From the NCBI GenBank assembly GCA_965223265.1, contig OZ244999.1, positions 1,984,001-2,048,000 of the forward strand: a stretch of DNA of 64,000 bases, read 5' to 3'. Below the pieces are notes generated by a model. The model saw only the letters and a list, made by a program, of their open reading frames with translations, did no database searches and was not told where the DNA came from. Below, one piece after another: positions 58,967 to 64,000 of this stretch (positions are counted from its first letter, which is position 1; each line of letters opens with the position of its first letter). The position numbers and the translations under genes are program-made. Source of the stretch: Planctomycetota bacterium. Its GTDB lineage: Bacteria; Planctomycetota; UBA8108; SXIK01.

Positions 58967-61939
58967 TTAGTCTGACGTCAGACGCTCCTCGAAGAGCACG
59001 TTCCCGTCCACCGAGTGATGTCGGAATGTGAGCGATGCGGCGGTGTCGTCTTCTTCCACGGTGGCCGAGAGGAAGCCGCCGACGACGTTCAGGTAGCGGT
59101 GGTACTCTTTAACGAAGTTCTCTTGCTTCCAGCCGCCGGCGTGCGCGTCGCTGGCCGGGCCGCAGGAGAATTCGAGGAGGCCATTGGCGGGATCTCGAGA
59201 CACGTACTGCCAGTGACGGTCGCCGCAGACGACCACCGTGTTTCGCTGCTGGGCGAGGAACGCGCGGATCTCATCCCCCTCGTGCTGGAAGGCCGCGTTG
59301 GAGTGGTTGTCGCGTTTGGCCGAGCGGTCAGGACCGACGATAGGGGTGGCGCTGATCAGGACGCGGAACGTCGCGTTTGAGGCAGCGAGAGATCGCTTCA
59401 ACCACTCTTTTTGCTCGGCTCCCCAAATGGTCTTTTGAGGGCCGTCTGGGTCGCCGTTCGGACTGCGAAAGTCTCGTCCTTCGACCAACCACACCTGCAG
59501 ATGCTTTCCCCAGCGCCGTGTGCGGAACGTGGACTCTCCCATCGGTACCTGTTCGCGAAACAGCGCCAGTCCTTGCTCGAAGGTGAACTCGAACATGTTG
59601 TCACGCTGCATACCGGGCCAGCAGTCGTTTTGCCAGGTGTCGTGGTCGTCCTTGATGAAGTAGCTGGCGACTTGTCGATGGAAGTTGACATTCGACGGCA
59701 GCCCGTACGTCCGCTGCCAATGATACCGCGCCAGTGGCAGCGACTTCGCGAGACGGTCGTAGTAGACGATATCACCGGTGTGTACGAAAAAGCTTGGGTC
59801 GAGCTGCAGGATACTGTTGTAGATTTTGAAGCCGTCAGCGCAGTCTCGGTCTTTGTATGCTTGGCCGGTCGACACAGCGAAGACCACCCTGGTGGGAGCA
59901 TCGGCTGCCGGCGCTGTGCAGAATCTCCCAGACAGCGATTGGCCCGGTTGACCGCTGTCTGCGTCGCGCGCCTCGACACGCACCAGGTACTTCGTTCCCG
60001 GGGTTAGACCGTCCAACTCGAACTGGTGGGTGAAGTCACGACGTGGGTCGACGGGCTGCCAGGACGTGGTCTGCCAGCTGGGATTGGCACTGTTGGCCGC
60101 GTATTGGACGCGGACTTCTCCTGGCATCCCAGGCGCGGCGTTGCGGAGGTCACGGGCGTCAGTTCCAACGCGGTACTGAATACGCTCGACCCGCCGGCGC
60201 TTTTCGTTGCGATTCGGGTCGTCCGCCGCAAACACAATGTCGACGGCCGGGGCGGTCGCGGGGTTGCGCTTAGCGCGCTGTGTCAGGCGTGTCCAGATGA
60301 TCGCGGAGTTTGATCCGACTTCGCCGACCTTGAAGCCAGTGGCTTGAAACGGAGCGGGTCCAAAGAGTTCGGTGTCGAAGTTCAACTCGCTTCGGTCCGC
60401 CCACTCGAACCAAAGCTTCTTGAGCTTCTCAACGCGCTCCGGGAAACGAGCCGCGAGGTCGTTCGTCTCTGTGGCGTCGGACTCGAGGTTGTAGAGTTCC
60501 CATCGACGCACCAGTTTGTCCCAGACAATCTTCCACGCGCCGCGCCGCAGCGCTCGGTTTCCACCCCATGCCCAGGCGAGGAAGTCGGGCGCAGGTCTTG
60601 AACCGCCGACTAGAATCGGCGCCAGGCTTCGGCCTTCGAACGGCAATATGGCTTCGCCATCTACCTCTGTCGGCAATTCGACCGCCGCTAGCTCCGTGAG
60701 CGTCGGTCCGATGTCGATGATGTGCCCAACTTCACGCGTCATGCTCCCCGCTTTGATGCGAGCCGGCCAGCGAACGATGAACGGGGTGCGCACGCCGCCC
60801 TCGTTCACCCAACTCTTGTAGCGGCGAAACGGTGTGTTCTGCGCCCAGCCCCACGCTGGGCCGACGGCTACGTAGTCGTCGACCGGCCCTGGGTTGCGCT
60901 CGGCAGGGTCTCGTCCGCCAGGTTCCTCGGCGCAGCCTCCATTGTCGGATAGAAACATGACGATCGTGTTATCGCGCAGGCCTGTTTCGTCGAGCGCCGC
61001 GAGCAGTCGCCCGATGTTTTGGTCCATGGAGTCGATCATCGCAGCGTACACCGCCATGCGCAGGTCCTCAAAGTCCTGCTCCGCACTCTCCCACGGATAG
61101 GATCGTGAGTCTGTTTCCGAGAGTGGGTGCGTTTCTTGATCGATCAGCCCCATGGCGAGCTGTCGTTCGTATCGCTGTCGCCGCAGCTCGTTCCAACCGC
61201 CCCGGTACTTGCCTCTGTATTTGGCGATATCAGCGGGGCGTGCGTGGAGTGGGTAGTGCGGCGCGGTGTAGCAGAGATGCAGAAAAAACGGTCGCTTCTG
61301 ACGCGCGAAGCGACGCAGAGATGTGATCGCCGCGTCTGTGAACGCGTCGGTCGTGTAGTAGTCGGCTGGGAAACTGAAGATGCGTCGATCATTCTCTGCG
61401 AAGTAACGAACACGACCGCCCTTGTAGTGTGGATCCGGCCGACCCGGATCAAAGAAATTGCAGCCGCCATCGAGCAGGCCGTAGTAGGAGTCGAAGCCGC
61501 GATAAAACGGATGCGCGACGTGGGTGCGTCCGAGGTGCCACTTGCCACTGAGCGCTGTTTGATAGTCACGTGGTTTCAGCATTTCGCCCAGCGTCAGCAT
61601 GTTCTTTCTCAGCAGCCCTCCTTTGCCGCGACGTGGGTAGAGGCCGGTGACGAGGGAGGCACGCGTCGTCGTGCACTTGGCATTGTTGTAAAACTGCGTG
61701 AAACGCAGACCGTCCCGGGCAAGTGAGTCGATGTGTGGTGTCGCGATCTCGCTTCCGTAGCAGCCGATGTCCGACCAGCCCATGTCGTCACAGAGGATCA
61801 GGATGACGTTTGGTGGTTGCTCTTGCGCGCCGCCCGTGGGCTGCGGCGTCGCGGAAAAAACGTCTAGTGTGGCGGCGATCCAGATCAACGATAGGACCGC
61901 TATGAAAAGAACGACAGGAGGCATCGACGCCAATCGCAT
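58967..61939 (-). CDS. Arylsulfatase fused to a PhoD-like alkaline phosphatase domain
   Basis: DDMG, CTTTRASL, GKWHLG, PHYPLH and SDNG (sulfatase); TGDIVYYD, DDHD and GDRH (PhoD). Confidence 0.92.
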   Translation of the reverse strand: MRLASMPPVVLFIAVLSLIWIAATLDVFSATPQPTGGAQEQPPNVILILCDDMGWSDIGCYGSEIATPHIDSLARDGLRFTQFYNNAKCTTTRASLVTGLYPRRGKGGLLRKNMLTLGEMLKPRDYQTALSGKWHLGRTHVAHPFYRGFDSYYGLLDGGCNFFDPGRPDPHYKGGRVRYFAENDRRIFSFPADYYTTDAFTDAAITSLRRFARQKRPFFLHLCYTAPHYPLHARPADIAKYRGKYRGGWNELRRQRYERQLAMGLIDQETHPLSETDSRSYPWESAEQDFEDLRMAVYAAMIDSMDQNIGRLLAALDETGLRDNTIVMFLSDNGGCAEEPGGRDPAERNPGPVDDYVAVGPAWGWAQNTPFRRYKSWVNEGGVRTPFIVRWPARIKAGSMTREVGHIIDIGPTLTELAAVELPTEVDGEAILPFEGRSLAPILVGGSRPAPDFLAWAWGGNRALRRGAWKIVWDKLVRRWELYNLESDATETNDLAARFPERVEKLKKLWFEWADRSELNFDTELFGPAPFQATGFKVGEVGSNSAIIWTRLTQRAKRNPATAPAVDIVFAADDPNRNEKRRRVERIQYRVGTDARDLRNAAPGMPGEVRVQYAANSANPSWQTTSWQPVDPRRDFTHQFELDGLTPGTKYLVRVEARDADSGQPGQSLSGRFCTAPAADAPTRVVFAVSTGQAYKDRDCADGFKIYNSILQLDPSFFVHTGDIVYYDRLAKSLPLARYHWQRTYGLPSNVNFHRQVASYFIKDDHDTWQNDCWPGMQRDNMFEFTFEQGLALFREQVPMGESTFRTRRWGKHLQVWLVEGRDFRSPNGDPDGPQKTIWGAEQKEWLKRSLAASNATFRVLISATPIVGPDRSAKRDNHSNAAFQHEGDEIRAFLAQQRNTVVVCGDRHWQYVSRDPANGLLEFSCGPASDAHAGGWKQENFVKEYHRYLNVVGGFLSATVEEDDTAASLTFRHHSVDGNVLFEERLTSD

Positions 61940-62354
61940 AGTGGCTCCTTGCTGAGCAATCGATGGAAGGATGAGATATTGACTCCGATGCCTCGCGACA
62001 AGAGTTTCTTTGTCGGCGTTGGATTCGAGGCAGCGTGGATACAGGAACGAGACGTGCCGCGCAGCCGCGCGACCTGGTTGGCGTTCGAAGTCGGCTCGGG
62101 TGGGTCTCCAACGCGAGCTCCTCAGAGGATCGGAGCGACCGCACCGATCACGATAGTCAGGGTTTCACCTTGCGTCAACACGACGCGGGCTTCCCAGGCG
62201 CATGATGATGATGCCCGGCGATCCGTGTCCTGCCATCGTGCGCGTCTCTCCAGGCTCTTCGCCCCTGGTCAGTCGCGAGGCGAATGCAGGCGCGCACACG
62301 TTGCCGTGTTCGCCTGCCGATTTCCTATCGCAGAGATAGGTCACTCAGCAGGGG

Positions 62355-62888
62355 CTAGCCCCAGGTCACGACGTGAACTGCGAACGTGCCTTCAATCTCA
62401 CGCTCGTCGATGACGTCTCGGACGCGGAGGCGCACTCGTCCGGAGAGCGTCAAGTCGCCATCCCTACCAGCGTACTTTCCTGTAAGGCGTTCAGGACGCA
62501 GTTCGCCGCCGATGACTTCGAGAACCCGTTCCGATCCGGGAAGGCGGAGGGCCCCCAGCTTCGGCTCGTGCGGATCGCCGCCTTGCGGCCGCAACTCCAT
62601 AGCGTGTCCGATGACCTTCTTCCACTCGGCGCCATATCCGACCCGGACGGAAGGCAGCTCGCCGACGAGTGTGACCCCTTCACCGACAACCTCAAAGTCT
62701 TCGACGGTCGTCTCGTCGTCGTAGAGAAACAGATTGAGCACTTCGAGCTTGAACTCGACTTCTGTGCCGTCGACATCGAGCTTCAAGATCCATGGTGGCG
62801 GCGCGGAGCTCGCGACGCCACCGCAACCCGCAGCCGACAACAGCCAGACGGCGAGAAGAATCCTCTGCGTCGATCCGTTCATACCCAC
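62355..62888 (-). CDS. Hypothetical lipoprotein
   Basis: Signal peptide with AAGC lipobox; GGAGG upstream. Confidence 0.65.
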   Translation of the reverse strand: MGMNGSTQRILLAVWLLSAAGCGGVASSAPPPWILKLDVDGTEVEFKLEVLNLFLYDDETTVEDFEVVGEGVTLVGELPSVRVGYGAEWKKVIGHAMELRPQGGDPHEPKLGALRLPGSERVLEVIGGELRPERLTGKYAGRDGDLTLSGRVRLRVRDVIDEREIEGTFAVHVVTWG

Positions 62889-63211
62889 GTCTCAATTCCT
62901 CCGCTAACAGTTCTATCCTCTCCGTTCGGCTTTCGAAGGCGTCAAACATTTGTGGGCAGGGATGGGCATGATTACCGGAGCGCGGCCTCTGGCAACCGTA
63001 CCGAACGCTTCCGTCGATGCCGCGCGCCGGCGCTGTGTCGACGCCTTGTGCCGTTGCGCCCTACCGCTGCGCCCTACCACTGCGCCGTGCCGCTGTCTCG
63101 AGGCGGACCTTCGTGACGGCTCCTCGCGTCACGGCTCCAAGCGCGAACGTGACCCGACGCACAGAGGTCGCCACGGCAGGCTCGCCGTCCGCGGCTGCGT
63201 TTCCTTCAAGG

Positions 63212-63240
63212 TTGACGGCGTCATCGGGCGATTTTACAAT
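63212..63240 (+). promoter_or_regulatory. Putative sigma70 promoter
   Basis: TTGACG-N17-TACAAT in a long non-coding stretch. Confidence 0.5.
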
Positions 63241-64000
63241 GTGCAGCGCGGATCTTAGGGTTTAGCGAAAGCCCGCCGCGCTCCAAGTTTGGCCAGGTTG
63301 ACGTTCATTCTGGCCATTTCAAGTGTTGTTGATTAAAGACCTTAAGAGAATGTCTTTCGGCGTGCGCAAGAGGATTTGTCGTTCCCGTTCGAGCCGGCTG
63401 GTAGGCGTCGTTTTCGGCGTCATCGCGGTGAGTTCGCAGATCGACTTTGGCACTTTTTCGCGCACGGTTTGCGAGACCTCAACGTTTTCGAAGAGGGCGG
63501 TGTCTGAGAAGGCGGCTTCCGAAGTAGCTCCAGCGAGCGCTTGCGGGGTGTCGTCGTCGGGGCATCGCGACGGCGGTCAGGTCGGTCCGTGGGTTTTGCG
63601 TTCGGCGACCGTGCGCCTGGAGGCTCAGACTCCGGGGGCACGTAGCGTACGCAACGGCGCGCGGGTCGCGACGGCGGCCACGGAAGAGAGAGTGTGGAAG
63701 TGTTTTACACAGAAAGAACTTTGTTCACTAGGTTCACTATTCGTCTCTAGGATTTTACAGATCGCGAACAGCGAGGAACGCAGTGCGCTCGAGATCCTAC
63801 AAGGTCCGGGCCGCTTTCCCCGCAGGTTCCGCGGGCGTTACGGGCGACCAGGCCCGTTGGCGTCGCGCGGCACCGATTTCGTCTATGAACGTCAATTAAC
63901 GGAACCTCTCCATCGCCGACTGAATCGAGGCGATCGTCGCCGGTTCCACTCCCGCCGTGACTTGCTCCCTGCGACGCGCCGCGAGGGCGCGTCTGATTTG

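Overview
High-GC bacterial chromosomal window. Its 16S rRNA carries planctomycete signatures (AGGGTTTGATCC 5' end, GGATTAGGCATGCAAGTC), so it is probably from a deep-branching Planctomycetota. It holds a complete linked rrn operon (16S-tRNA-Ile-tRNA-Ala-23S-5S), housekeeping genes (rseP, dxr, lgt), a ribose-type ABC transporter, a Lon-like protease and many large secreted enzymes. The main signal hidden from the ORF track is a probable selenoprotein neighbourhood at about 5.4-9.1 kb. An outer-membrane beta-barrel is followed by an HMA-fold lipoprotein whose metal-binding loop has two in-frame TGA codons (U-x-U) and a SECIS-like hairpin. Convergent with it are a cytochrome c'-like gene and a TlpA/thioredoxin-domain protein with a U-G-P-C active site and its own SECIS-like hairpin. 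A second notable locus (about 38.1-40.3 kb) has a stand-alone 6S-like RNA, an aberrant tRNA-like gene and a roughly 400-nt multi-hairpin region directly upstream of an SPFH/slipin gene. The window also carries GTAG-type REP arrays, hexamer-repeat tracts (two flanking a four-helix-bundle gene, one inside an ORF) and two copies of a palindromic MITE. All calls come from reading the sequence; no database searches were run.
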